Positions 1 to 13,562 are shown, counted from the first letter of the stretch. The stretch is 64,000 bases of DNA from Octopus vulgaris (GCA_951406725.2 OX597819.1:119226001-119290000); one strand, 5' to 3'. Numbers and translations are program-made. The notes: generated from the sequence alone by a model not told the origin.

Positions 1-614
1 AGATACCCTTTACATAATGTTTATCATAAAACTATTTGTACTGCTTCGTTATTATTTATTCGAAGAGAATTGATATCTTAAGGAGATTGTACGATATTGA
101 AATGACTGTAATATTGTATCAAAAAACTTATTTTACTTTCCGTTACTTACACTTTCCCTAGTATGGTTTCGCCTTTTATTCTGATTTGGAAATATAATCA
201 ACATCCTATTAGTTAACGAAAAACATAGATATTTATTAAGTATTCGCAAAAGCAGTATATAATATCTTATATAAAACTACTTAACTTCTAAGTACATAAA
301 ATTAACAAAACGCATTAATACTATTATGTACAGTATGTAGAACGAAGAGCCTGCTATTTCTTTACGATCCTTAAATATGTATAGCAAATAAACTGAAATA
401 CTATTTCAGAAATATCGCACATGATGTTTTCATTTTTTACGTCATATTCAAGAGGTGGCAGTGGTCACAGCTGCTGCAACCGTGGTGGATAGAAAACTGA
501 GATATATAGTTAGGAAATACAAGGTTAATACTTGTGAATAAAGGTCAAATTAAGACGTGTGCTTATTGCTATTGTGTTGATTGTCGATGTGTTATTGCTG
601 CTGCTATGCTGTTG

Positions 615-984
615 AGAGAAGCGGTCTTCGTCCCAGAGCTCGCAAGATGAGAGAAGTCCGAAACGTGGTCCTTTGCTATTCGTAAGACCCGCAGACGAGA
701 AAGCATGTCAACCCCCGACACCGAGAGCATCGACGGATTGATGAATGCGCATCCAGGCTCAGCAGTTGCGTAGGAAGTCGGGGACGAGAAACAGGAAGAA
801 AGAGTGATAGAAAATCGGGGCGAAAGAGTATAACAGGGGTCGCCACCCCCACCCCCACCGCCGGAGCCTCGTAGAACTTTAGGTGCTCCGCTCAATAAAT
901 ACATACAACGCCCGGTCTAGGAATCGAAACCGCGATCCTCCGCCCGCGAGTACGCTGCCCTAACCACTGGACCATTGCGCCTCC
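615..984 (-). mobile_element. tRNA-derived SINE, family B (GGAGGCGCAATGG head), tail variant 1
   Basis: Reverse complement starts GGAGGCGCAATGGTCCAGTGGTTAGGGCAGCG...GGTTTCGATTCC (A and B boxes). The same head and body recur at 20160, 36215, 57426 and 58757. Confidence 0.8.
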
Positions 985-2768
985 TGCTGTTGTTATAGCT
1001 GTAGATGTTGCTGGTGCAGCCAGTGTTGTTGTTTCTATTGTAATAGTATTTGTAAATTGAGATGTTGTTCGTCACGAATAGGTGTTGCGACTGTTTTTCA
1101 CTTTACCGCCCTTTCTGTTGTATTTGCACCTTCCTGAGAATAGTGTAGTCGATGTTCTCGTTCTTATTGCCGAACTGCAATTCTAATTCTTCTTGTTGCA
1201 AACGTCGGTTTTGCTGTTATTGTCGACGTCATTTCTGTGGTCCTTGCTAATTTTCTTTCTTTCTTTTTTTTTTGTTAGATATGGAAAATGGTGTGGCATC
1301 AAATAAACAATTAATAGAATGGTTGTTTTTGTTTTCATATTTTCCCATCGGAATATCATTGGTAAATGATTGATATTTTCCTTCAAACACTGCTTTAATT
1401 TTTGCATCAATATTGATTCCTATGAGAATTTTATATAAGTGTTTCTTGCTCCAAATCTTATCCTCCTTTTTTTTTTATAAATTTGTTAATAGTAACAGAT
1501 AAACAGATATCTAAACAAATTGTTGTTTACACTAAGGCTGCTTTGATGTCGGCACCACTCCATCCAAATCATTTATATGTAATATATACTCTACTAGACC
1601 CTTATTATAGAATACAAAAACTTCCGATATTCCTGTACGTAAATAAGAAAAAAATATGTTTAGTATTGTTATCGTGACTAAACCTTTTAGAGAATTGAGA
1701 TACGAGAGAAAAAATACTATGGGAGAAGTTGTTTTTTTTTGTTTGTTTGATTTTTTAATATGTAGTCTGATACTGGATACGGGTGCACTATCAGGCACTT
1801 ATGTCATATTAGCTAATGCAATGAAAACATTTATAAGATGTGTCTTGAATTTATAGCATTCAAAACAAATCGCCATTACATTAACATTGTTATCGATATA
1901 TAGCCGTATAAGGCCAAAAGCAAATGGTAGAAACTGACCGAAATACCGGCACTTATAACGAAAGTGAAATAAATTGAATCTTTACGCTGTAACCAAAATG
2001 TATCAATTAAAAGCCATTCAGTAACATCAATCCCGAATGAAGAGTTTCCCTCAAACTGCTTCTATTTCATACTCTACCACGTTTTCAAGAGATATACGAT
2101 GAAATATAACCGGTTTATTTCTGACAAAATATTTGTTCTTTATATGAAGAAAAAAAAATATTTAAATTGCTCTTTGTAAGCGTATTCCAATTTATTCAAA
2201 TTTTATTAATGAACAAATTAGTTTATGTGTCAAGTTTCAATAAATCCTCATTATTTATTTCTCTAAAAATGTTTGTTTAATTTTCCTTGATAGATCGAAT
2301 GTCAGAATTTTCTTTGGTATTGTTACATTCTTGTGTTTGCATAGTGCTTCTTTTACATTCTTTTTGTCTTGTTTATTTTAACAAACTTTTTTAATTTTTT
2401 TAATTACGATTTACTATTTTCCGAAGATAGAAAACTATTGATTACGTTGTCAGTAAATTTTCAGTATTTGCCATACGCCATTCGGAAATAATATCAAAAC
2501 ATATAAATTTTAATAATTTGACAAATAACTTTTGCACTGCTTATAGATACTAAATAAATCAAACCGAATTTTTTTTTTTTTTTAAAAAGAGGGAAATATC
2601 AGTCGTCCGATGTTAACAGACTAACGATTTTATTTTACGTATTTATTCATTTTATTTTATGCTTCTTTTCCATTGATAATCTCTGTATAAAAAGCTCATT
2701 TTAAAAAAATCATCATTTTCCACACTGCGATTAATCATATCTAAACAAATCGTTAAATCATTTAATCA

Positions 2769-2809
<41 letters not shown>

Positions 2810-3182
2810 CTGATTATTTTCATCTTTCTCTCAATCTCTCTTTCTCTTTCTGAGATAATGAATGAGAGACAGAGATTTAAACATGCAACTCCATGTAACA
2901 CATGTTATTAGAAATAAAATATTATGCAGTTTTTTTTTCGTGTTGGTTTTAGTTACTCCAACTCACTGATCTTTCTAAATACATATTTCTTTATTATTTG
3001 TATCGCTTTATTTCTGTCATATGTGTATCAACAGTAAACAAAGTTATATGTGTTTTCGATCATATATAAAAAAGTTTTCTTTTGTTATAACTTATATCAT
3101 TTCATATTTTTTATAATATTAATAGAAAGGTGACATATGCGCACACTCCGTAAAACAGCAGAGTAACTACTTCAGCTGAGCT

Positions 3183-4667
3183 AGGAGAGTGGGCTGTAAA
3201 GTCCATGGGATGAGTAAGAAGTAGTGATGCAACAACGGTAAAATGCTGCATGAGTTAATGACGGTACTTCTTATTTATAATTCCATCGTTTTTTCCAGGT
3301 AAATGAACATCAGTCTTTAGAAAGAAGACTTCAAATGTAACTAATGATGGTGTCTCCTGAAAATCGAAAAAGAAAATGGGACTGTGCTGTTATCACGTAC
3401 CTGCTTTTAAGGACCTTCCTGCCATCATGGTAACTACATTAGGCACGACGCTAGAGCTTTATGAACAATGTAAAATATGGTAGCTGAATTGATGAGGGTA
3501 GGGTAGGGTTTTGATGATGAAACAATGTCTGGAATTTCTGCAGTTACCAACATCGAGGAAAACATTCATCGGATTCACCACATGCTTGATGGATAGCAGG
3601 CGACGGACACTACATCAAACAGCCAATTCTATTAGCATATCCCATAAAATAATTCAGAATATTCTGTACAATGACCTTGGAATCAGGAAGGTTTCTGCTT
3701 GGTGAAAGCCACATCTTTTCACATCTGATCAAAAGCGTTCCAGGTTGATCATATCACGGAAAAGGCTGTAACTGTTTCAAGTAGATCCAACTGGTTATCT
3801 TAAACGTTTGATAACACAGGATGAGGGTTGAATTCATTACTTTGAGTCAGAGACAAAGAAACCATTCATATAGCAGAAATACCCCTGCTAATCTACCGCA
3901 AGTAGGCCAAGGTCATTTCATCCGCAGGGAATTTCAGCACTTACGATTTGAGGATGCAAAGGGCAATGCCCATCAATAGAGGGTACTATGCCAATTTTGT
4001 GAGGTAATTTCGAAAGGCTATCAAGGACAAACACAAAGGAAAACTGACGAAAGTGTTCTTAAAACATCAGGCAATTTTCAAGCACGTAAGTCCTTTAGAA
4101 AATTACCTTGTAAATCTCACCGAGAGATATTCAGCAACAGTACTTTGTAGAAAAAATTATTTGCCATTATAACATGGCTGTCTTGGTTTAGGGCGAATGT
4201 TGCTGCAATTTATCCCCAGGAGATATCGTCTCCAACTGGCTATACGACACGATCTGTGTCCTTATATTTTCGAACAAGGGAATCTAAATTACAGCAACAT
4301 TCATCCTAAACCAGGTCTGCCATGTTATATTAGCAAATAATCTTTACTCCACATAAGCCCTTTGTTTCAATGACTGCCGTGGGTGACTGTGACTTTGAAC
4401 TATTGAACACTGTCCCTATTCTCTAGTTTTGGCCTATTGTGATTATCATCTGTTACTCCAATAAAAAAGAAAACTAAATCCAGTATCGCAATGATGATAC
4501 ACTTATATTTGCTGTTGATTAATTTTTTGACTAACAGGATGAATACTTCGTCACCAATTAAATTTTAGCATCGCCAGACTGATATGGGGGTCTATGTTGA
4601 ATAAGAAACAACCATGTGTCATATTCCATGAGAGTATCTTGATCAGCTTATGAGCATTTGAAATGCA
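3183..4667 (+). mobile_element. Degenerate mariner-like DNA transposon, interrupted by an insertion
   Basis: Transposase remnants ISH..IQNILYNDLGIRKVSAW, ITQDEG*IHYFESETK, AIKDKHKGKLTK, a PYSxxLA-like motif and terminal YVE* (~4603). Weak TIR similarity at ~3188 and ~4632-4667. Confidence 0.85.
4097..4349. mobile_element. Hairpin-forming insertion with ~14-bp TSD inside the mariner
   Basis: Inverted arms ~4147-4212 and ~4285-4350. Flanking direct repeat CACGTAAGTCCTTT (4083-4096) / CACATAAGCCCTTT (4350-4363). Confidence 0.7.
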
Positions 4668-5214
4668 TACTCTTTCGTTCTTTTAATTGTTTCAGACATT
4701 TGACTGCGGCCATGCTGGAGCACCATTTTTAGTCGAACAAATCGACCCCAGGAATAATTCCTAGTAAGACTGGTAGTTATTCTATCAGTGTATTTTGCCG
4801 AACGGTTAAGTTACGGGGATCTAAACACGTCGGTTGCTAAGCGACGGTGGAGGGACAAACACAGACACACAGACACATATATACATATAGAAATACATGC
4901 ATACATACGGAGTCACGCACAACACAGCCACGCACACATACACACATACATACACACATACATACACACATACATACATATACACATAAATACAATGACA
5001 CACACATACGGATATATGTTGTCTCGCTCTCCCAACTGGAAAATAGTATATATATGTGTGTGTGTGTGTACGGCGGACTCTTTGCAGTTTCCGGCCACCA
5101 AATCTACTCACAAATCTTTGGTCGGCCTGAAGACATAGCAGAGGTCACTTACCAAAGGTGCCACTTGGTGGTACTGAACCTAGAGCCATGTGGCTGGGAA
5201 GCAATCTACTCACC
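4668..5214 (-). mobile_element. SINE family A with internal microsatellite
   Basis: Tail TTGACTGCGGCCATGCTGGAGCACC and head remnants match the full copy at 34249-34684. Confidence 0.85.
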
Positions 5215-5889
5215 GAGATTTGAACTGAGCCCGTTTGCTTCAAAGTCCACAGTATCGAACTTTACGCCAATAACCATCATCTACGTATTTCTAAAAATTC
5301 TCATTGCCATGGGTGTCATCGGTGTCGTCATCGTCGTCGTTGTCATAGTTGTCATCACTATTATCGTCGTCGTCGTCATCATCATCATCATCGGGTCTAC
5401 AGACTACAACTTGTATTTTTCTTCAGTAATGTCAGAAACTTCAGATAACCTTTCCAAACCAAGTGTTCTTAAATTCATCAATATTCACGAGACATTTTGC
5501 TTCACTGAGTCTCATAAACACTGATAAATACAATAAATCACGGATCACTGCAACAATGGTCGGTTTCTGTTTTACGCATTTTTATTGACACCACTCAGTG
5601 ACGCAGACCGTGTCCCTCTCAATGCACTCACCTTCTTGTGATCTAATTCCCTATCTGTGAGAATAAGACTTTTACATTGATCACGACATATAACTACCTA
5701 ATACAACAGGCTTTCTAGAATTCAGGGGTTCGTCATGTTTCGACGAACAAAAGACGATTTAGATTGTGGTGGAAGCGATATGTTTCGAATACGTAATGGC
5801 GATTACTATAATTGTTTCCCCCTCCTCAATTACTCGAGAGTTGGATGAGTGAGACTAAATATTTACGTATGTATGTATGTATGCATGTA

Positions 5890-6385
5890 TAAATATAAAA
5901 ATGGGTCAAAACGAAATAGAACATAATAAAACATTTGGACAGATGGACGATACAAGATGGACAAGAGAAACAACAATTAGAAGGACGGGCAAAAAAATAC
6001 GGGTCATTCGTAGCCTTCTTTCCTCAGTCAAGTCCCAGTAGTCACGACTGTTTCGGGCAGTTACACTTGAGACGGTTCGATCTGGTTGCCCCCAGAAAGT
6101 CTAAGCTAAGAGCATTAGACCCTTTGTAAGAAAGTTACGGCAACATAGATAAAAAAAGATCAAGAGAACAGGATACATCGGGAACAGTATACAGTTACAA
6201 ATACAAACAACAAGAAAATAACAACAGGTGTCTTTCGACTGAGAACGAATCAAATTGAGCTGGCGTGTATGAAGTGGAAGCCTAAAGTCAGGAACATAGG
6301 AGATGGACACAAGAGGTGTTGACGGTCAGTAGTTAGGCCATGAAAGAAAGATCACGGCTAGCCGGATACCGGCCGTTAATAAATA
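5890..6385 (-). repeat. Unclassified interspersed repeat (related copy at ~38965-39360)
   Basis: Shared blocks CGGGTCATTCG..CTTTCCTCAGTC, AGAGCATTAGA, ACAACAGGTGTCTTTCGACT and AGCTGGCGTG in both copies. Confidence 0.65.
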
Positions 6386-6682
6386 CTAAGTATATATGGA
6401 TAATTACACTAAGTTACAATTTCCTTTTAACAGACACATCTCACTTGCTGTTTTATATCCATCATTGTAACTACGTTCAGTATCTTTGTATTATCTGAAG
6501 CATAACTTCCAGAAAGCATACTAAAAAGTTTTTTTTTAACTCTATACGTTACGAAAATGTTAGTAGAATAGTCTCCGAACGTTATAAAATAGGTGTCAAA
6601 GTCACTAAGCGTCCCATAATTCACACTTCGTTTTCTGAATCCTATATATCCAAGACTTCATATCTGTCAACATCCACCCCTA

Positions 6683-6800
6683 ATGACTATCACCGCTACC
6701 ATCATCATCATCATCACCACCACCATCATCATCATCATCGTCGTCGTCGTTGTCGTCGTCGTCATCGCCATCATCATCATCATCATCATCACCATCATCT
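6683..6800. repeat. (CAT)n/(CGT)n trinucleotide microsatellite
   Basis: Directly visible. Confidence 0.9.
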
Positions 6801-9800
6801 TTACCAATGTTGTCATTTTTCAATATAATTTTTTTTATGATACACAAGACCTATTTAAAATTTTTATCGAAGAGCATTCTAAAATCAAAGTAAAAAAACC
6901 AAAAAAAACCCCAATATATCTGAAATATTAAATAATGGGGAAAGAGAACTAAATAAATTGGAGTGAAATGGGTAAAAATATATTGTTATATATTGTAGAT
7001 TTCTTGCGATTTCTTGTCCTGTATTATGTATATATATATATATATACTTTTTTGTTGAAATGCTTGTTTGTAACTAAACCACAAATTTATACATGTAACA
7101 TATGCCAGTAATTTAGGTAAGCAAAACATCTCGAGTATAAAAGATAACATGAAATCATAAATCAATAATAATATTCGAATAGGCATTAAAGATGAAAAAA
7201 TAATTTGCCGGAAATAATTTTCTTACTGGTGCGTAAATATGCTTCAGTCCAGATCGAATATATCGATTCCAAGCTTTAAATTTACAACATCTGCTACAAG
7301 TAGATGATTTGAAAATAAAAGTATGATAATAAATAACTTTGGAAGCAGAATAGAAAAGAGGAAAGAACAAATTGAATAATATTTTTTTTTAATGTTAAGA
7401 AAGAGATCATTCACTAAGCACTACGTTGACTCTAAGGAAAAAAAACCTTCTGTCAAATATTATACTTTTTATTTAATTCAATTAATTTCTTGCGACAAAC
7501 TAAGAGATGCTAAGAATTATATGCATATATGCACAAATACAAAGAGACCTCTACACAATCATACATAAACACGTATATGCATACACACACATACACACAC
7601 ACAAACACACAAGCGTCCTTTCACATACTTACCGATTTCGTAAGGATCTGTTCTACAAAACTTAATTTTGTAGCTTAAAATATAATCATTGACCCTAATT
7701 TTATATTTCAAAGGGTGTATTTGTATTTCAAGGCGTCTGCCAACAATATATCTGATTTTTTTTCTCTTAGGCATAACCACTGAATACTCATTTTAGGCTC
7801 TAGAAAAGGATGAGACAGAAATAAGGTTATTACTCTTTTGTAGACGAACTAAAGACCAATTTTCGAAATTGCACATTACTGTAAATCAAGAGCATTTAGT
7901 AATTTTTTTTTTGTGGTGATGTAAGGATGGTGATTAAACAAACACATAAGCACAATTCAAAACATAAATTTTGACTTAATTGCATTTCCAGCTCCTCTGT
8001 TCCTCACATCAACTCCAAAAATTACATAGATACTGATGAAAATACATAATGTCGATTTACCTTTAAATGTACCATCAAATAACACGACGAAACGACATAT
8101 CAAATTGATTTCTTATACTAAGAAGAAATATTCCCAAAATGATCTACAGTAGGTGTCCTGTTACTAACATCTGATATACAGAAGAAATGCATTCAACAGA
8201 ATGTATAAGGCTTAAAGTGCTAATGCCCACTCCAAACTTCGAAACAAACAACGAGTTTCTCAATTTTTATCCTAAAAAAGACGAATTGGCATCAGATTAG
8301 TTCAGAGAGCTTTTGAATGCAGCAGATTATCACTCACACAAAACCTGTTAACAACATCGGAACAATAAATATATCCCCCAATTGCTCTTAAATAAGACTA
8401 ATAACATCCTGTGTGTCAGTAATGGACTCCTCTAGAAACATTCACTTCCTGATGAGTTTCATGTAATCACAGACTGCAAACAATAGAGAAAGCCTGCAAA
8501 CACGTGTTCCCCACAAATAGATATGTATGGATGTGTTCAGGGTAAATTTGAAGATGATGATAATGTTAACGTTGAATGCCAGTGCTTTTGAATTTATATC
8601 CGCTCAATTACGTCACATATCGAAGGCTATAATAAAACAGACGAATTGATTGCTTGCTTGTACGTAAAGTATTTATGCATACATGAATGATTGTATACGA
8701 AACGGATTAATAAAAAAGTATGAAGAATTTATTGGATCTTATGCAATGATATACGTAACCGAATGGTGAGAAAGATTAAATCCGCGTACAAATGGTACGT
8801 ATGAAATATATTGTCAAAACGGATACAATAATAAATTCTGGTATTTCCGGATATAGAAATGTTCCTAAAAGTTACAGTGCCCTACCGTATACATTAAGAA
8901 AACATCCATAATGCAATAATTATTTACTTGTAAGCAATAATAACAATAATAATGAATATAAAGGCAATATAATAAAGATGTATGATTCAGTAATGGCAGA
9001 AGAAAAGTCTTTGCGACCATAAATATTACAATAAAAATCAGAAGTACTACATAATAGGCGAAATAGCTGCAGAACATAAAGAGAATTGCCAACACATCAA
9101 TCACTTCTGAATAGTAATCGTTGCATTGGCCTGTCCAAGTATGCATAATGAACAATTACATAAGCACAATGAATATACATGCTCAAAAGGAGATATATTG
9201 GTAAACTGTCCCGGAAAGAAGAGATTACATACATTTTACCTCTGAACTAATAAACATATCAGTAGAGTGAACAGTCGCAACACTGGAATAATAAGTAGCA
9301 TTAGTGAAGCAAGAGCGCATTGTTGTAATGCTCAGATTAGGAGGGTATTTGAGACGACTAGTCTATGCATGTATATAAGACTACTTACAGTAATCCCGGA
9401 ATACGTCCAGATACAATAAATCAAGGATCGCCAATCTATATTGCTCATCATTAAATGTAAACGGAATAATAGTATACGAAATCAAACGCCATTGGGAACT
9501 TAGGAAAATGTTAAACATGCAACATTCGAATGGTGCCTCATACAATTGGAAAATTCATTGTGTTTGCACAATAAAAGCGTGTATATTCTGTTCTCTATAG
9601 ATCAAAATTGTTCCCCCTACATAAAAGACCTTGCATGATATGGATTTTCTATAACTGTTTATGGCGCATTCCGGTTAAATTTTGGTGATGTTACAAAACC
9701 TGTGATTTGACGGATTTGGACTCACGAGTATAACATTTTAATCCAAACTAAATTGTCATTTCATGAAATATATATATAGAGAGACATTTATAAATATCGT

Positions 9801-10159
9801 TGCAACTATGTTAAGCTGTCGTATGTCCAAAATTCACCAAATGCATTTTGTTTCAGAACTTATTCTTTCTTGCAACAGACGGTTATTTTGATCAAACTAC
9901 CGTAACTCCAGCAGCCTAAGATGTGAACATGTCAAAAATTGTCAAAGTGTAGTACAACGGTTTTGCTACGGGAGGATGAAACTATTTTCCCGTTTTCTGA
10001 AAAAGGAACGTATTGAACTTACGACACTTTCGCATAATAACAACGATATGTAGTTAGGTACTTAATTGGTTGGCTGGTTGCTTGGTTGCGTGATTGATCG
10101 GTCAGTCACTTAATCAATAATCAGTCGATCGGTCGGTCGGTCGAACGGTCAGCCAGATC

Positions 10160-10426
10160 GGTAGATAGATAGATAGATAGATAGATATATTTATAGACAG
10201 ATAGATAGATAGATAGATATATAGATAGATATATAGATAGATACGTGGGTAGGTAGGTAGGTAGGTAGGTAGGTAGATAGGTAGTTAGGTAGGTAAGTAA
10301 GTAGGTAGGTAAGTAGGTAGATAGGTGGATAGATAGACAGACAGACAGACAGATAGAAATATAGATAGATAGATTGATAGATAGATAGATCGTCAGGTAG
10401 ACAAACATAAATAGATAGATAGATAA

Positions 10427-10457
<31 letters not shown>

Positions 10458-10486
10458 GATAGATAGATAGATATATATATATAGAT
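10160..10486. repeat. Compound (GATA)n/(GGTA)n/(GACA)n microsatellite
   Basis: Directly visible. Abuts the LINE 3' end. Confidence 0.95.
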
Positions 10487-12355
10487 ATGTTTCTTTATTA
10501 GCCACACAGGGCTGCACACAGATAGAACAAATTACAAGGTACAGCTTTTCTTTTGAAGGTTTAAAAAAAAAAAAAAAAAAAAAGGAAGGGGGAGTTTCGA
10601 TCAAAAGGGATCGTAAAAGGAGAGAAAGAGGACAAAAAAAGGGGGGTTAAAAAAAAAGGGGGAGAAAAAAAAAAAAAATTGATCAATAGGGATCGTTATC
10701 ACAGAAATGTCAATATGAAGTGTAAAGGGGAGGACAGGTGAGGTTTACCCGTGGAAAGAAAAGCCTACGGAAAAGACCACGGTAACCTCGGTCAATGAAG
10801 TCACATTTTATATTTCTTTTTTTTTTTTTTTTTTTGCAAATAAGCAACTCTCTGTTTTCGATTTCTGGGTTCATAGGACTATGCTCAAGGTGGCTTCGTC
10901 ATTCATACGTGCCATTCTTGCTACATTCACCCATCTTTTTTTAAAACATTCGCTAGACAAAACTTGCCTCTCTACTCTCACTTTCCTTTTCAAGTGGTAC
11001 TTGAAGAAGTTGATGAGAGATTGACCAGAGAGGAAAGTGTTTGTCTCCAATCCTTTCAGACGCGTCCACCAGATACATTCTTTCGCCATAGCCACAAGGA
11101 TGATGAAAATAGCTCTTCCTTCCCGTTTGAAGGAAGGAGGGGTGACAATATTGACGATAGACTCAGCTGATAAACCGACTCGTCCCACACATGACAGCAG
11201 TTGTTCGACATAAGCCCACAGGTCGGAAATTGTTGGACACTGAACGAGTGCGTGCAGAACGGTTTCGTCGCTCTGACCGCATCTCGGGCAGGTCGGCCCC
11301 GTGTTTCTCGAGCCGTGTCTGTAGAGCTTATCCCGAACGGGTAGCGCTTCTCGGTAGCACTGCCAGGCCAGGGATCTCTGGAAGTTGTCCATGGGCCCTG
11401 GCCCGAAAGTCGTCCTGAACAGGCGGGTCAGGTACTCCTCGTCGACGTCCAGGTTCGCCCCGAGCTCGTCGTCGTACCTCCCCTCCACTAAACCCCTATA
11501 GAATGCTTTGGTTGTGTTGAAGTCACTTAAGGTCGACCCAGGACGGCAGAGTTGCTTGAGAGCAACGCGACACTCGCGGTGCCATTCGCCCTTCCTCGGC
11601 CTCTTTTTGATCCACGACTGCAGTTCGGTCATGGAGACGAGCTGCGGGAAAGCGTGCCTCACAAACGGCGACCACACCTGTTCACCGTCGTCTACATAGA
11701 GCCAGAGATGCCGCAGTCTCAGCGCGTGTCTGCGCATCATCAACCACGGCATGCCCAGCCCTCCTTTTAACGGGTGTTGACAGCAAATGGATCGCCTGAC
11801 CATCGGGACGCATCCTTACCACAAGAAGCGAAAGAGGATGCGTTGTAGTTTGGTGATGGTAGGGTCGGGACAAGGTACGACGGTCAGGCGGTAGTAGATG
11901 ACGGACGCGATGTACGTGTTCGCCACCTCCGCTCGACCTTTTAGGGACAGTTTCCTCTCGGCCCATTGCCGGGCGAGAGTGACCACCCTACTCGTTATCT
12001 CGTTCCAGTTCTTCTCCACTTGGAGGTCCGGACCAAACCAGACCCCGAGCAACTCAACCGGGCCGTCGGTCCAGCGTCCCACGACGGAGGCGCTGGTGGA
12101 CGGCATGGGCTTGCTTCTCCAGGTGCCTAGTCGCAAGCCCACTGACTTTTCCCGGTTGATTTTCGCTCCTGTCACCGCTTCGTAGTTTTTCAGTGTCTCG
12201 CCGACCAGCTCGATGTGCTCGTGGCTAGACACTATGACGGTGACGTCGTCCGCGTATGCAGACACGCTCGTCCCGTATCCCAATTCTCGCGGGATGCCCC
12301 TTAGAGTCACCAGCTTCCGCAGTAGTGGCTCAAGAGTCAATACGTATAGAAGCGC
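10487..12355 (-). mobile_element. 5'-truncated Tx1/L1-clade non-LTR retrotransposon (RT C-terminal half, zf-RVT, 3' UTR)
   Basis: ORFs 12340-11816 (SAYADD, GAKINREKS, LSLKGR) and 11803-10871 (GGLGMP, CPRCGQSDETVLHALVQC) are in frame, separated by one TAA. The 3' UTR ends AATAAAGAAACAT directly into (TATC)n. Confidence 0.92.
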
Positions 12356-12488
<133 letters not shown>

Positions 12489-13029
12489 TGAACTTAGTGA
12501 TTTGGTGTAGGTACCTTGTTACTGTTTAATGTAGAGCTAGAATGGAATTGCGCAAAACACATGACATCGAAACAACATGCGTTTGCCTTTTGTTTTATAA
12601 AGTTATATGTCTGTTCAGTAAGAATGCGTGCAAGTGTATAGTCTTCCCCTATGGACATTTCTAAACTACTAAAACTACTGATGAGTTATTTGGACTAGTA
12701 TCGAAGCCAATTATATTTCTGATTACTAATGTTCTACTGAGACCGCTTCTATTAAATTAGAATTAAATTTATGGACATAAAAAGATAATAATGAAGAAAC
12801 AGTTGCTATTCATTTATGGTAAAGCATATCATCATATAATATTGCAGCAGCCTGACAACGTAAGACACACAATCAAAACTACAATTATGAATAGTAAGAT
12901 CAAATTAGAAGGAGAAAATTATTACATCCTCTTGCACTTCAAAGACAAACTAAAAATACAATCTGAAGCGATGTAACATTTTCTTTTTCTTCTTGGGGAA
13001 AAGAATGCATCAGAACGCAGAAGGTGGCG

Positions 13030-13225
13030 CCAGTCCCGCTTCTGCACAATTCAAAGATTGCAGCAAAGTCGACTCCAACATCGGGATCAACTTCGTACAA
13101 GCACGAACGAACACTGGTAAAACACTGTTCCTCTAAATGGAAGCCTTACTCGTTATTGCTGTTTTGTGACACGAAACAAAGCAGGCCTTGCCGTCCACTC
13201 AAGAAAACACAACTTGTTTAATTTA
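13030..13225 (+). mobile_element. Probable RTE-type LINE 3' fragment
   Basis: Reads RYCCFVTRNKAGLAVHSRKH, similar to the C-terminal C2H2-like motif of RTE ORFs. Confidence 0.4.
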
Positions 13226-13321
13226 CCAAAAGGCTTGCAAGGTACTAGCATGTCTCAAGAGACACATTTGTGTGCATAGAACATGGTTACATTAATACTG
13301 CTCTACTTTACTGAACCCTCA

Positions 13322-13365
<44 letters not shown>

Positions 13366-13370
<5 letters not shown>

Positions 13371-13560
13371 ATATAGAAGGAGCTTCTACAGGACTAGTAC
13401 TGTTTCATTCAAGAGAAATCTTCAGGAAGCTCCTGAAGATTTCTCTTGAATGAAACAGTACTAGTCCTGTAGAAGCTCCTTCTATATAATAAATTAATTT
13501 TACTCTGCTATGTATTGAGTACCTTACTTACTGTGGTTAACCCCGAATCAACCCGGGACC

Positions 13561-13562
<2 letters not shown>
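13366..13562. mobile_element. Penelope-like pseudo-LTR fragment with a perfect 62-bp inverted duplication, within (TA)n
   Basis: Arms 13366-13427 and 13431-13492 are exact reverse complements with a 3-nt loop. Contains an HHR core and is flanked by (TA)n on both sides. Confidence 0.75.
13378..13434 (-). ncRNA. Type I hammerhead ribozyme-like motif
   Basis: AGGAGCUUC-CUGAAGA-UUUCUCUUGAAU-GAAA-CAG-UACUAGUC-CUG-UA-GAAGCUCCU: 9-bp stem I, quasi-palindromic stem III, GUA cleavage triplet. The stem II closing pair is non-canonical (U.U). Confidence 0.65.

Noticed and set aside
4788-5524. [12 protein letters not shown]-type ORFs here and throughout the window
   Set aside because: Products of (CA)n, (TA)n and (GATA)n tracts and SINE sequence.
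12845-12960. Hydrophobic minus-strand stretch LILLFIIVVLIVCLTL as a receptor transmembrane exon
   Set aside because: It lies upstream of the proposed later FN3 segments, and T-rich DNA yields such peptides by chance.
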